Position numbers and translations under genes: made by a program. Below, piece by piece: positions 24,732-34,483 of a stretch of DNA of 64,000 nt. The stretch's first letter is position 1. Each line of letters opens with the position of its first letter. Source of the stretch: a virus; IMG/VR virus record IMGVR_UViG_3300037961_005106, positions 15,235-79,234 of that record. One strand, given 5' to 3'. The notes under the pieces are model-generated. The model ran no database searches. It was not told the DNA's origin and saw nothing but the letters and a program-made list of their open reading frames with translations.

Positions 24732-27095
24732 ATGGCTCTTTCTCCTGCTGATTTTGCCGCATATAGCCGTGCAACCGGTACTTCTTACCCTGAATCACCG
24801 GAAGAACGGGCTCAATTAGTTCCTGAAGTCCGTGCATTCCGTCAAAGGCAACTTCAACCGCCTGAAAAACAGGAATCAAACTCTCTTGCCTTAGGTCTTG
24901 GCATTGGATTAGGTCTTGCAGGGGTTGGTGGAGGTTTAATGACCCTGCGTGGACGGGCTAAGAAAGGAATTAAAGCAGATACTGCTGGTAAAAGTAGTGT
25001 AAAAATGACTGATCTTAGTGATCAGCAAGTACCAAAGTCTAAAACGCAAGTATATAGAGATGTAGCAGCTAAAGCTGAAGAAGATCTACCGCAAGTAACT
25101 CGTCCTTCTGGTGGTGTAGATGAATCAATGTTAGTTACTGATCCTGAAACGGGAGAAGTATATCGTCGTGGTGGAGATGCTTCGATTCGATCAAAACAAG
25201 CACAAGAAAATTTAAGTGATCGTGTTGATGAGCTTTTAGCAGAAGTCAGTGTTGGTGAAGCAGGTCAAATGCTTGCCGGACGTGAAGTAGCAGCAGAAGC
25301 TGGTCAAATGATGGGGACTGAATCAAGTCGTCAGTCAAACGTTGTCCGTCGCTTAGAAAAGGAAGAAGAAAGACAGGCAAAAAATATATTATCCGAATTG
25401 GCCCAAGAAACTCTGAGTCAAGCAGACTCCGAAAAAGCTGCTCGTATTGCACGTAATCAAGCAAAAGATAGAGCGCAAGTTTCTGACTATATGTCAGATG
25501 TACTTGAATCAGTTATTGATGAAAATTATCAGTACCCAGAAGAAGTTCCAAGTAACTTAATGGGTTTAGCACGTCGTGCCAAGCAAAATAAACTTACAGA
25601 TAGCGATTTTAGTTCTATTCAGCAGTGGGCTCAGACTGAGTTTAAGAATGATCCAACTGTCTTAGGTGAAATAAATGAAAATTTATCTTCTCTTCCTAAA
25701 ACATCAACCCTTACAGAAACGTATGAAGCTTTTGGTGAACCTGCAGCACAAGTACAAAACATTGAAGCTCTAAATACTGCTTCTGATCAAGCTGCTGCAC
25801 CTATTGAACGTGCGGTACAAAGAAATGAAGATATTGATGTTAGTGCTGCTCAGTCTTTCTTGAATCAACAACGTGATAAGTTGCAAGCTAAAGGTTTATC
25901 TCCTACACGTGTTGAACGTGTTCTTGCTTCTAACCCTGAATTAATTGAAGCAGCAGAGTTATATGCAAGTACAGGTGATGAAGCAGTGTTATCTCGTTTT
26001 TCAGAACAACCTGCATCTCCTGTAACAGTTAAACCTAAGTCTGTACTGTCTTTAGATTCAGACGAACTAGCAACAGGTTCTTTGTTTAAATCAGGAACTT
26101 TTGGTGAATTTGTAGATGACCTTGAAGGTAAAGACGTAGATTTAACAAATCGTATTTCTTCTCTTGGTGCAGAGCAGCAACAGCTTGCCGGACGCCGTAA
26201 ACAATTAGAAGAAGATTCATTAATGATTAAATCTGCAATGGATCGTGAGCCTATTGATAAAGATGATTACAGCCGTATGTATGGTCAGATGCAATATGAA
26301 ATGCAGAATATGCCTGATCCCGCAAGTTTAAATGTAGACATTGGTGATGCAATGGCAGAACGAGATCATGTACGCGCTCAATTAAAAGGTTTAAAAGAAG
26401 TAGGTGCTCAACAATTTTTAATTGATCAAACAGAAGGATCACGTGCATTTTATGAAGTTAATCCAGCCACTAATGAAATTATTCCTGAAACACTGGAAGT
26501 ACGTGGTGGACGTAAATCAATCGAACAGAAAAAAGGTGGAGGTGGTCGGAATATAGCGGAGTATTCCGCTGGTGATCGTATAGCAGAAGAAGTGCGCAGT
26601 ATTCAACAAGGAGGTCGTTTACGTGACTATGACGACACAGGTGCTGCTAAGCAAGTTTTTGAAGGAGATCGCACACAAACTGGTGGTCGCCTTGGTTTAT
26701 ACGGTTCAGAACGTACCGAGCGCAAAGGAGAACGTGCTACTGCAGGTCAACGTCCTACGCAAGTAACAGAAGACGAATTAATTAATCAAGCATTAATGGA
26801 TTCAAGAGCTGATGAACTAGGAATTCCCACTCCACCAGATCGCGATTTAGTTTTTGTTGATGAACAAAAATATCAAAAGCCTGACAGACAGAACCGTTTG
26901 TTAGATTCTGAAATTCTGCGTCGGACTGCTATTGAAGGTCGTAATCCACAATCTTCATTAGCAGGAAGAGCACAACGGCAAAGTCGTCCTAGAATTGCAG
27001 CATTACGTCAGGAAGCAACACGCAGAAAAGCTGCTGGTGAGCCTTTAATGTCTAAAGCAGAAGCTTTTAATTTCCTCAGTAACTACGCTAAATAA
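24732..27095 (+). CDS. Large helical protein, putative internal virion/ejection protein
   Basis: 787 aa; N-terminal hydrophobic Gly-rich segment LALGLGIGLGLAGVGGG, coiled coils. Confidence 0.55.
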   Translation: MALSPADFAAYSRATGTSYPESPEERAQLVPEVRAFRQRQLQPPEKQESNSLALGLGIGLGLAGVGGGLMTLRGRAKKGIKADTAGKSSVKMTDLSDQQVPKSKTQVYRDVAAKAEEDLPQVTRPSGGVDESMLVTDPETGEVYRRGGDASIRSKQAQENLSDRVDELLAEVSVGEAGQMLAGREVAAEAGQMMGTESSRQSNVVRRLEKEEERQAKNILSELAQETLSQADSEKAARIARNQAKDRAQVSDYMSDVLESVIDENYQYPEEVPSNLMGLARRAKQNKLTDSDFSSIQQWAQTEFKNDPTVLGEINENLSSLPKTSTLTETYEAFGEPAAQVQNIEALNTASDQAAAPIERAVQRNEDIDVSAAQSFLNQQRDKLQAKGLSPTRVERVLASNPELIEAAELYASTGDEAVLSRFSEQPASPVTVKPKSVLSLDSDELATGSLFKSGTFGEFVDDLEGKDVDLTNRISSLGAEQQQLAGRRKQLEEDSLMIKSAMDREPIDKDDYSRMYGQMQYEMQNMPDPASLNVDIGDAMAERDHVRAQLKGLKEVGAQQFLIDQTEGSRAFYEVNPATNEIIPETLEVRGGRKSIEQKKGGGGRNIAEYSAGDRIAEEVRSIQQGGRLRDYDDTGAAKQVFEGDRTQTGGRLGLYGSERTERKGERATAGQRPTQVTEDELINQALMDSRADELGIPTPPDRDLVFVDEQKYQKPDRQNRLLDSEILRRTAIEGRNPQSSLAGRAQRQSRPRIAALRQEATRRKAAGEPLMSKAEAFNFLSNYAK

Positions 27096-27097
27096 TC

Positions 27098-27325
27098 ATG
27101 ACTGAAAAGAAAAAGAAAACTAAGAAAGATAAGAAGTGGATTCAATCCGCAATCAAACGCCCTGGAACGTTTACCGCTAAAGCAAAGAAGAAAGGAATTA
27201 CTTCTGCACAGCTTCAAGCGAATGTGGAAAAGAATCCTGATGATTATGATGAGAAGACACGGAAGCAAGCACAGCTTCGTGAAACTCTTGTAAAATTAAA
27301 CAAGAAGAAAAAAACTAAGAAATAG
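27098..27325 (+). CDS. Small Lys-rich protein
   Basis: KWIQ.AIK.PG....A...A.L.ETL.KL pattern of phage small basic proteins. Confidence 0.7.
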   Translation: MTEKKKKTKKDKKWIQSAIKRPGTFTAKAKKKGITSAQLQANVEKNPDDYDEKTRKQAQLRETLVKLNKKKKTKK

Positions 27326-27327
27326 TT

Positions 27328-27930
27328 ATGCCACGCGATAGTCGCTTAAGTCGTCCTGAAGATTATTTAGACGAAGTTTCTCTTTTCTTTCGTAAAGGAA
27401 GAAGAGGACCACGTAAGATTGATTATGAAGAATCTTTTCGTGCTAAATCAGATAAACCTCCTTTTGCTTTTAATCGTTTTGGTGTAGACGAGCTTAGAAA
27501 TAAATTAGTTAGTAAGAAACCAATTCTTAATGCACGACTAGATTTTGTAAATGAAAATCCTGCTAACTTTGAATTGTTTACAGGCTTGGGTCGTTTTGAT
27601 GTAGGACGAACTAATAAAGAAGATCCTGCAGCTAGTCTTTATAGTTTTGATGAAGGCCGTGGTAATACAAAGTTAGATTTTAGACAATCACCAGAGTTTC
27701 AAGCAATTGGTGAAATGTGGCGTGAAAGATATAACTTAAGTCCTACTATTTCTCCTGGTGATCGAATTAAAAACCCGATGCCACGTGCAACTAATCCTGA
27801 CCCTAAAGGTTATTTGATGGCAACAGCAGAACAACGTGCAGAAAACGAAATGGAAGGCAACATGAATATTGCACAGTTGTTATCTGCATCTAAAGGAGAG
27901 ATCGCAGAAGCTGAAAGTAAAGGGGCTTAG
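27328..27930 (+). CDS. Hypothetical protein
   Basis: ORF track; operon packing. Confidence 0.65.
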   Translation: MPRDSRLSRPEDYLDEVSLFFRKGRRGPRKIDYEESFRAKSDKPPFAFNRFGVDELRNKLVSKKPILNARLDFVNENPANFELFTGLGRFDVGRTNKEDPAASLYSFDEGRGNTKLDFRQSPEFQAIGEMWRERYNLSPTISPGDRIKNPMPRATNPDPKGYLMATAEQRAENEMEGNMNIAQLLSASKGEIAEAESKGA

Positions 27931-27955
27931 AATTAGAAATAATAGTTATGAGTAG

Positions 27956-28513
27956 ATGGCAGGCGGATTACTAAAATTAGCAGGAAGTCTTTTAAAAAAC
28001 AAAGGCTTAATGAAAGGTATTCGTAATGAAGCTTTAGTTAGTGGAGGACTTAATACTGGCGTTAATCTTTTAACAGGTGCAGATCCTCTTACTGCATTAG
28101 CTTATGGTTTGTCTGACACGGTTCTTTCAGGAACAGCACAAGGAGCAGTCCGTGGTTTAAGAGGAAAAAAATCACGTTTAGAGTTACCAGCTAACGTTGC
28201 AGGTTCTGTTCTATCTGGGATACCCGTAGCAGCTATTGATCCTCGTATGAAACAAGAAGTAGGTACACCACCGCCCCTTATGGTTCCTGCTGACGCAGTC
28301 ATTAACGATAATCAGGCTGCACAAATTGAACAACAAAATATTCAAAGAATGTTGTTAAATAATGATTTGCTAGCAGGACAATATATGCCTGGGACAATGT
28401 TTCAGCAAATGGGTGGAAGCAATACGAGAGCAACTTTACAACAGTATTTAAATGATAAAGGGCCAACTATAGAAATGGATCCTAGAGCAATGGCATCAAT
28501 CGTGGGGCTTTAA
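27956..28513 (+). CDS. Gly/Ala-rich putative virion protein
   Basis: ORF track; contains LLAGQY. Confidence 0.6.
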   Translation: MAGGLLKLAGSLLKNKGLMKGIRNEALVSGGLNTGVNLLTGADPLTALAYGLSDTVLSGTAQGAVRGLRGKKSRLELPANVAGSVLSGIPVAAIDPRMKQEVGTPPPLMVPADAVINDNQAAQIEQQNIQRMLLNNDLLAGQYMPGTMFQQMGGSNTRATLQQYLNDKGPTIEMDPRAMASIVGL

Positions 28514-28515
28514 TT

Positions 28516-29595
28516 ATGGGACTCCGTACAGACTATTTAAAAGGCTGGCAGAAAGCTGTCAGTGAAATGGGAACAAGAGGAGATCGTGGCCATAGTGTTC
28601 TACCTATTACACAAGGAGCAAGAAAGTTTTACAAAGGTTTAGCTGATCAAGGGGTAACAACAGAAACACCTGTTCAGCTTGCTGGTGCAATGGGTGCAAG
28701 GCTGTTAACTGATGTTGGAGAAGATGCAACGAGGCATTTATATTGGCGGTACAATCACCCAATGGCGCTTGCAGATAAATTAGCAGAACAAGCAATAGGC
28801 GATCGTCTTCTCAATTACACACCAACACAACGAGCAGCAATTTCTTTAGCTGCAGTTGGTGTTCCTGTTAGTGCTTCTTTAGGAACGTTTGATGCAACTA
28901 ATATTGGTGAGTTAGGTCGTCCTAAAGGTTTTGCACAGACTTATGCAGAGCAAGGTTCAGAAGATCGACGACAAACAGGACAAATTGCACCAGAACTGTT
29001 AGATCGTTTTGTTTTAGGTCGTCAAGGTCGTCCTTTAAAGTTTGAAACAGCTAAAGAAGATATTCCAGATTTAACAAAACAACGGTATGCAAATTATATG
29101 GATTTCTTGTATAACGAAAAAGGACCTTTAGGTGTTGGCATTATTAAAGGAACGATGGAAAATTTACAGGGAGAACCTGAAGCACGTATTGTTGGTTTTC
29201 CTGTTGGTCTTCAAGCTGTAGGAGCTTTAACGGGTGGAGCACTTGCCACCGGCGCTGCACTAAGGCAACAGACTCCAGAAACAGTCCCTGGAGGAATTGG
29301 GCCTAAACAACCAAGAACAATTAAAACCGAAGATACTTCTGAATCAGTTCCAGGTAAAAAATATGTAGATAAACAAGTGTATAGAGAAGGAGATACAAAA
29401 GTAAAAAGAGGCAAGAGTGTTACGAACAGAATGGGAAGCCGAACTGATTACATTGGTCCCAAGACACGTACTCTTGCTCTTATGGGAGGAGCAGGAGCCC
29501 TTACAGGTGCTTTAGCCGGTAAGTTAGCCAATACTTTATTAGCTTCAACTGGTCAATCTGATTTACCAACAACACAAGAGTATGGTATTAGTTGA
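28516..29595 (+). CDS. Putative virion protein with glycine-zipper segments
   Basis: GALTGGALATGAAL, GGAGALTGALAG. Confidence 0.6.
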   Translation: MGLRTDYLKGWQKAVSEMGTRGDRGHSVLPITQGARKFYKGLADQGVTTETPVQLAGAMGARLLTDVGEDATRHLYWRYNHPMALADKLAEQAIGDRLLNYTPTQRAAISLAAVGVPVSASLGTFDATNIGELGRPKGFAQTYAEQGSEDRRQTGQIAPELLDRFVLGRQGRPLKFETAKEDIPDLTKQRYANYMDFLYNEKGPLGVGIIKGTMENLQGEPEARIVGFPVGLQAVGALTGGALATGAALRQQTPETVPGGIGPKQPRTIKTEDTSESVPGKKYVDKQVYREGDTKVKRGKSVTNRMGSRTDYIGPKTRTLALMGGAGALTGALAGKLANTLLASTGQSDLPTTQEYGIS

Positions 29596-29632
29596 GATAG
29601 AATTTAAGTAATAAAGATATTTGTTATTAAAG

Positions 29633-30481
29633 ATGGTTGCCGGTAGAACAGATCCCAATCGTATCGCACAAGGAATGCCTTTAGCCATCGATGATCCGAT
29701 GCTGCGTTTGCAAGGTGCATTTCGTAATCCACAACAGTTTGCTGATTATTATCGGAACACTGTTCAAAATGTAATGGAGCCTACTGCTAAACGGGCTCAA
29801 GTTATTCAAAATAGTCTTGTCAATAATCCTGGCCGTTATGGTGTAATGGCAGGAGCACTGCTCCCTGGTGTTGGCACTGCTATTGGTGAACTACAAGCTG
29901 AACGTCCTGTAGGAGCTGCAGGCGCTGTTGTTGGTGCTGGAGTCGGTGCTGGTCTTGGTTATGGTCTTGCCAGCATGTTGCCAGGTGGTTATGGAAAAGT
30001 AGCCAAGGCAGCGTTACCTGTAATTGGTGGTCTAATTGGAGCCCCCTCTGGTGCGCAGGGAGCCGAATATGCTAAGCGTAAAATTACAAACCAACCGACA
30101 AAAGGTAAAGAAACTGAATTAGGCAGTCAACTTGCAGCGCGAGAAAAAATTTTTGGTCAAAATCTCAGTCAACTTGAGCGCACTTTAGGTGTTAATACTT
30201 CCAGTCTTAAAGATTTAACTCAGTTCTATATGCAAGCAGAACTAGAGCAGTTGCAAAAAATGAATCCAACGATTCAGAAGATGAAGAATGCTGAGATGAT
30301 TCGTCAACAGGCGTTGATGAATACTCAAGCTAGTAACTACGCAATGCTGGGCACAGTAGCTACAGCAGGCCGTCTAGCAACTGGCGCACAGGCAGAAGCA
30401 GGTGCAAATCTACGCACTGCGTTAACTGCCGCTCCTTATGCTGGCAGTGTGCTGCAAGCACCCAACATTAGCTTTGGTTGA
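29633..30481 (+). CDS. Glycine-zipper protein, putative ejection/pilot protein
   Basis: GAAGAVVGAGVGAGLGYGLA followed by a Gln-rich coil. Confidence 0.6.
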   Translation: MVAGRTDPNRIAQGMPLAIDDPMLRLQGAFRNPQQFADYYRNTVQNVMEPTAKRAQVIQNSLVNNPGRYGVMAGALLPGVGTAIGELQAERPVGAAGAVVGAGVGAGLGYGLASMLPGGYGKVAKAALPVIGGLIGAPSGAQGAEYAKRKITNQPTKGKETELGSQLAAREKIFGQNLSQLERTLGVNTSSLKDLTQFYMQAELEQLQKMNPTIQKMKNAEMIRQQALMNTQASNYAMLGTVATAGRLATGAQAEAGANLRTALTAAPYAGSVLQAPNISFG

Positions 30482-30489
30482 GGTTAACA

Positions 30490-30999
30490 ATGACAAAATC
30501 AAGTTCTAGTTTTTACAACCCGTCAATGCTTGCAAACCCTTTATTTGAAGGGATTGATATGAACTTGGGTCTTCCTCAATTAGCAGGACAATATATAGAT
30601 TTTCCTTTTAACAGTGAAGAAGATGATGACGATGATAATGAAAAAACTACAAATAAACAACGAACTCCAATGGAAGAGCTTCTCTATAAAATGTATGGAG
30701 ATGCCCAAGAGGAAAAAAAATACTATCGTTCTCCAGAATATTTAGATGATATGTATAAACGAGCAGATGATTTGAACGCAAAGCAAATGGCCCGTGCTCA
30801 GAAGTACGGTAAAGAATCTGCTTTCTATGGCTTTATGTACCAGGGTCTACCTAAGTTAATGGCTCAAGCAGCCTTCTCAAAATATGCGTTTGCACCAGAA
30901 ATGGTCAAAGGTGTACGGGATGCTTATAGTCGTATCCAAGCAACTCCTGCTGGATCCACTCAATACATGGCAGTTAATCCAATGGGAGGTATTGGATAA
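30490..30999 (+). CDS. Hypothetical protein
   Basis: ORF track; contains QLAGQY and an acidic run. Confidence 0.6.
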   Translation: MTKSSSSFYNPSMLANPLFEGIDMNLGLPQLAGQYIDFPFNSEEDDDDDNEKTTNKQRTPMEELLYKMYGDAQEEKKYYRSPEYLDDMYKRADDLNAKQMARAQKYGKESAFYGFMYQGLPKLMAQAAFSKYAFAPEMVKGVRDAYSRIQATPAGSTQYMAVNPMGGIG

Positions 31000-31553
31000 T
31001 GAATTTAAATCTTGATGCTATTGGTAGTTATTCAGGAATTGGTGCTAACACCAATTTAGGTGCAGGTTTTGGTGGAGGTTCTGGTATTGGTTTTGATACC
31101 GGAGGTTTTACTTTTGGAGATCCTCTTCCATCCGTAACAGGGGCTTTTGGAGGCGGCTCTGGAACAGGAGGAGGCGGCGGCTTTTTACAAGGTCTTGGTA
31201 ACTTTTTTGGTGGCAATAACCTTGGTTCTAGTCTAGCTGGGCCTTTGTTATCAGGAGCTTTATCTCGTGATTATATTAATCAAGCAGCTAGAGGATATGG
31301 ACAAAGTGCATATCAAGCAACAGGGATAGGAGCATTAGCAGGTAAGAATGCAGCCATCATGGACTTTGCCTTTGGCAATAAAAATGCAGATCGTGCACAA
31401 CAACGTCGTTACGATGATTCTATATTTCAACTTAATCTGCAAAAAAGTAAGCCATTCCAAGATTTAGTTAATAAAGGAGTATTTTTGAATATAGCTTCGC
31501 AAGATGCCCCAGGAGCAATTCAACGTGCAAGTCGAGTTAGTCTATTTGGTTGA
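30999..31553 (+). CDS. Gly-rich putative virion protein
   Basis: TAATG coupling; GF/GG repeats. Confidence 0.6.
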   Translation: MNLNLDAIGSYSGIGANTNLGAGFGGGSGIGFDTGGFTFGDPLPSVTGAFGGGSGTGGGGGFLQGLGNFFGGNNLGSSLAGPLLSGALSRDYINQAARGYGQSAYQATGIGALAGKNAAIMDFAFGNKNADRAQQRRYDDSIFQLNLQKSKPFQDLVNKGVFLNIASQDAPGAIQRASRVSLFG

Positions 31554-31595
31554 CTTGGGTCTGCGATAATTAGTAAATAATAAGATGTTAGTTAA

Positions 31596-32318
31596 ATGGT
31601 TTTCGACTTTATAAAAGGAGCGATAGGAGGAGCGGGAGCAGGTTCGGTTTTTGGCCCCTGGGGAGCAGGTGTTGGAGCATTATTAGGTGGCGTTTCTTCC
31701 TTCGGAGGCGGCGGTGGTAGTGGTTCGTCAGGCGGAGGAGGAGGAGGAATTGATTTTGACGCTCTTCAAGACATCATTGCTCCCCCTGATTTTCTTTCTT
31801 CTTATACGGAAAATCAATTTAATGTTAAGCCTAGGCTTGGTCCAAAAGATCTGGAGAAATATGAAAAGGCAATGGATAAGGGAAAGATAGATAAATATTC
31901 GCTTTTAGGTTTGTATGATAGTGGCGGTTTAGATCCAAGTGATAAAGCTTATCGTAATATATTGACAAGCACAATTGGTAGAGAACGTGGTGAAGAATTA
32001 GCGGACGTTATTGGTGGAACTATGCTTGGAGGAGGAACACCTTCTCGGGAACAAGTAAAAGACGCTTACAAGTATGCTTTAGTAACAGGTTCTACTGGTA
32101 GTCCAAAAGATGCGCAACAAGCTTTTGCATCTTATTTTGCACAAACTAATCCGGAACATAGAATGCCATCTTCTCAAGAACTTCTTGCTGGAATGAGGTA
32201 TGGTCCTCTTGTCGGGACCAAAAGTGGAGTTAAGTTATTTGAAGGAACGCCAGGTATAGATAGAATGTTTGATAGACAAGAATCAGCGCGAAGGTTCCGC
32301 GCTAATTCTTTAGCTTAA
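31596..32318 (+). CDS. Glycine-zipper protein, putative ejection/pilot protein
   Basis: GAIGGAGAGSVFGPWGAGVGALLGG. Confidence 0.6.
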   Translation: MVFDFIKGAIGGAGAGSVFGPWGAGVGALLGGVSSFGGGGGSGSSGGGGGGIDFDALQDIIAPPDFLSSYTENQFNVKPRLGPKDLEKYEKAMDKGKIDKYSLLGLYDSGGLDPSDKAYRNILTSTIGRERGEELADVIGGTMLGGGTPSREQVKDAYKYALVTGSTGSPKDAQQAFASYFAQTNPEHRMPSSQELLAGMRYGPLVGTKSGVKLFEGTPGIDRMFDRQESARRFRANSLA

Positions 32319-32336
32319 CACTCAAGGTAAGTAACA

Positions 32337-33056
32337 ATGAAGTTTCAAGATTTTATGGATAAATATGGTGGTAAAGGGGGAACCAAAATCACCAGTAAAA
32401 GCATTAACAAAGCTAAAAAAGATGGTATTTCTGCTGATAAATTAAATAAATTTATTAATAAAGCAGAAAATAAAAACATCAAAACAAGTGTTCCCAAAGG
32501 ACACAGTGGTGCGTATCTCACAGGAGGTGGAAGCTCTTCTTCTAGTGATGCTCAAGGGCGTACTTCTACAGAGATTGATTTAGGTGTTTATGAAGCAATG
32601 GCAGGTATTGATACTGCCAATCAAGACTTTTTAAATCAAGGTGCTTATAACAATGCTCAAATTATTGCTGGCATTCGTTCAGATGCGGATAAATATGTAG
32701 CTGATGCTCAAGCGGGTGCATCAATGTATGCATCAGACGCCAGTGTTGATATTGCAGGAATTACGTCATCAGCAGAAGAACGTTGGCGTAAGTATTTAGC
32801 TGACCAGCAACGACTTGGCGCAGAAAATGTAGCAACAATTCAAGGCGAATACAGCCTTTCTTTACAGAATATTGTTACTGCTGGTTTAAAAGACGTTGAA
32901 AAAATCCGTGGTGAGTTTGGTTTAGAAAGCGATAAAGTCCGTGGTGAATATGCACTTGAAGGAGAGCGCATCAAAGGTGATGCTGCACGTGATGTTGCAT
33001 CAAGACAAAAAGATGCACAGATCTTCGGTTCTTTAATGTCAGGCTTCTGGGCTTGA
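32337..33056 (+). CDS. Putative DNA pilot-like protein with 11-residue helical repeats
   Basis: ADKYVADAQAGASMYASDA; VEKIRGEFGLE/SDKVRGEYALE/GERIKGD. Confidence 0.55.
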   Translation: MKFQDFMDKYGGKGGTKITSKSINKAKKDGISADKLNKFINKAENKNIKTSVPKGHSGAYLTGGGSSSSSDAQGRTSTEIDLGVYEAMAGIDTANQDFLNQGAYNNAQIIAGIRSDADKYVADAQAGASMYASDASVDIAGITSSAEERWRKYLADQQRLGAENVATIQGEYSLSLQNIVTAGLKDVEKIRGEFGLESDKVRGEYALEGERIKGDAARDVASRQKDAQIFGSLMSGFWA

Positions 33057-33105
33057 TAGTATTGAGCTATATTATAATTTTTATAGTTAACTAAAGACTT
33101 TTACA

Positions 33106-33288
33106 ATGGCAAACGATCCGGGCGACTCAGGTTCCAATACACAGGATGCAGCGGTAGACCTGGAAACGTTCCAGCAACTGCTTGACAAACTGGAAGGCTC
33201 TAAAAAGCGTCAACAACGTCAAAAGTCTGTTGAAGGACGCCGTGATATTTATTCACAGGGCTTAGCTTCAATGATGTCTAATTTCTGA
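33106..33288 (+). CDS. Hypothetical protein
   Basis: ORF track. Confidence 0.6.
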   Translation: MANDPGDSGSNTQDAAVDLETFQQLLDKLEGSKKRQQRQKSVEGRRDIYSQGLASMMSNF

Positions 33289-33310
33289 TCTACACTCATA
33301 GGTTATTTCA

Positions 33311-33553
33311 ATGGCTGCTGTCGATAGTACTTACGCAGAAGATGATTACTTTGATCTTGACAAATATCGTCAAGCTGCAGGAGTAGCCTATGAATTTAGT
33401 AAGAAGAAAATGGAAGATGCTGGTGAGCAAGAACGTGCAACAATAGGTAAAGGAGCACAAGAAAAGCGCACGACTAATGAGCAAATGCAAAAGTTCTCAG
33501 AAAAGGACGAAGCAAGAGATTACAACCAAGCACAGAAAGCTTACCGATTCTGA
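33311..33553 (+). CDS. Hypothetical protein
   Basis: ORF track. Confidence 0.6.
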   Translation: MAAVDSTYAEDDYFDLDKYRQAAGVAYEFSKKKMEDAGEQERATIGKGAQEKRTTNEQMQKFSEKDEARDYNQAQKAYRF

Positions 33554-34052
33554 TATCGACATTGAAGTTTTTCAGTGTTGGGTTGACAATTTAGATAGCG
33601 CAACGAAAGAGTCCTTCTGTTCTTTTGCAGAAGAGACTTTTTCTGCTATTCAGGTTTATTTGTATGCAAAATTTTTAGGGTATAACAGCAGTATTGTTGC
33701 TGTTGATTTATGGTTAAAAGATAATTTTTCCAAACCCGATCACTTAAAAGTTTTGTTAAACGAAATTGAAGAGATGCAAGACGATATTAGAAAATTAAGA
33801 ATTGATATTGAAAATTTTGTTATTAAAAGGGATGTCGGTGTAGCTCGAATTGCTGCAATGCAAAAAGAACTCCGTGGAACTATTTCCCAAGTTGATTCTT
33901 TTGTTTCTTCTCGTGACCGCAAAGGTTTATTAATGGCAGGAGCTGATCGTGCATTAAGAGAATTAGCTTCTATTTTTAAAGATGATCCTATCGAAGGTCC
34001 ATTACAAGAAGCTTCAATGAGTGTGTGGGCTAGAATGCAGTTTGAAGATTAA
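33477..34052 (+). CDS. Helical protein, terminase small subunit candidate by position
   Basis: Coiled coil, upstream of TerL; function inferred only. Confidence 0.4.
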   Translation: MSKCKSSQKRTKQEITTKHRKLTDSDIDIEVFQCWVDNLDSATKESFCSFAEETFSAIQVYLYAKFLGYNSSIVAVDLWLKDNFSKPDHLKVLLNEIEEMQDDIRKLRIDIENFVIKRDVGVARIAAMQKELRGTISQVDSFVSSRDRKGLLMAGADRALRELASIFKDDPIEGPLQEASMSVWARMQFED

Positions 34053-34056
34053 TATT

Positions 34057-34299
34057 ATGGAAGTAAACACGCCCCCTTTTGATAAACAATCCGTCAACAA
34101 TATGTTGGCTGAGATTGCTAAAAACAGGAGGTATAGTCCTGAGCTACCTTCTGCTCCCCCTCGACAAGCAGATCAAGAGGCTTTTCAGGATTTAATGAAT
34201 AACTCTCCTGAGCAAACAGAAGGTCCTGGACCACAACCGTTTCAGAATTTATTAAACGAACAACCACCTACACCTGAACAAGAAGAAGACGATGTCTAA
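34057..34299 (+). CDS. Hypothetical Pro/Gln/Glu-rich protein
   Basis: In-frame ATG after the upstream stop. Confidence 0.55.
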   Translation: MEVNTPPFDKQSVNNMLAEIAKNRRYSPELPSAPPRQADQEAFQDLMNNSPEQTEGPGPQPFQNLLNEQPPTPEQEEDDV

Positions 34300-34453
34300 A
34301 AAGAAAATGCCTCCACAATTACTGGAGCACTTTAAGAAAAAGAATGAATCAAAAGAAGGGAAAAAAGCAGAGGAATCTGCTGAGAAAGGATTGAAAGCAG
34401 CTAAAGCAGCTAAGAAATACAAAGACAAAGATAAAGACGAAGATAAAAAATAA
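34292..34453 (+). CDS. Small Lys-rich protein, 53 aa (not in ORF track)
   Basis: Hand translation MSKKKMPPQLLEHFKKKNESKEGKKAEESAEKGLKAAKAAKKYKDKDKDEDKK. Confidence 0.65.
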   Translation: MSKKKMPPQLLEHFKKKNESKEGKKAEESAEKGLKAAKAAKKYKDKDKDEDKK

Positions 34454-34483
34454 GGTAGTATTTAAACAGTAATAGTTTAAATA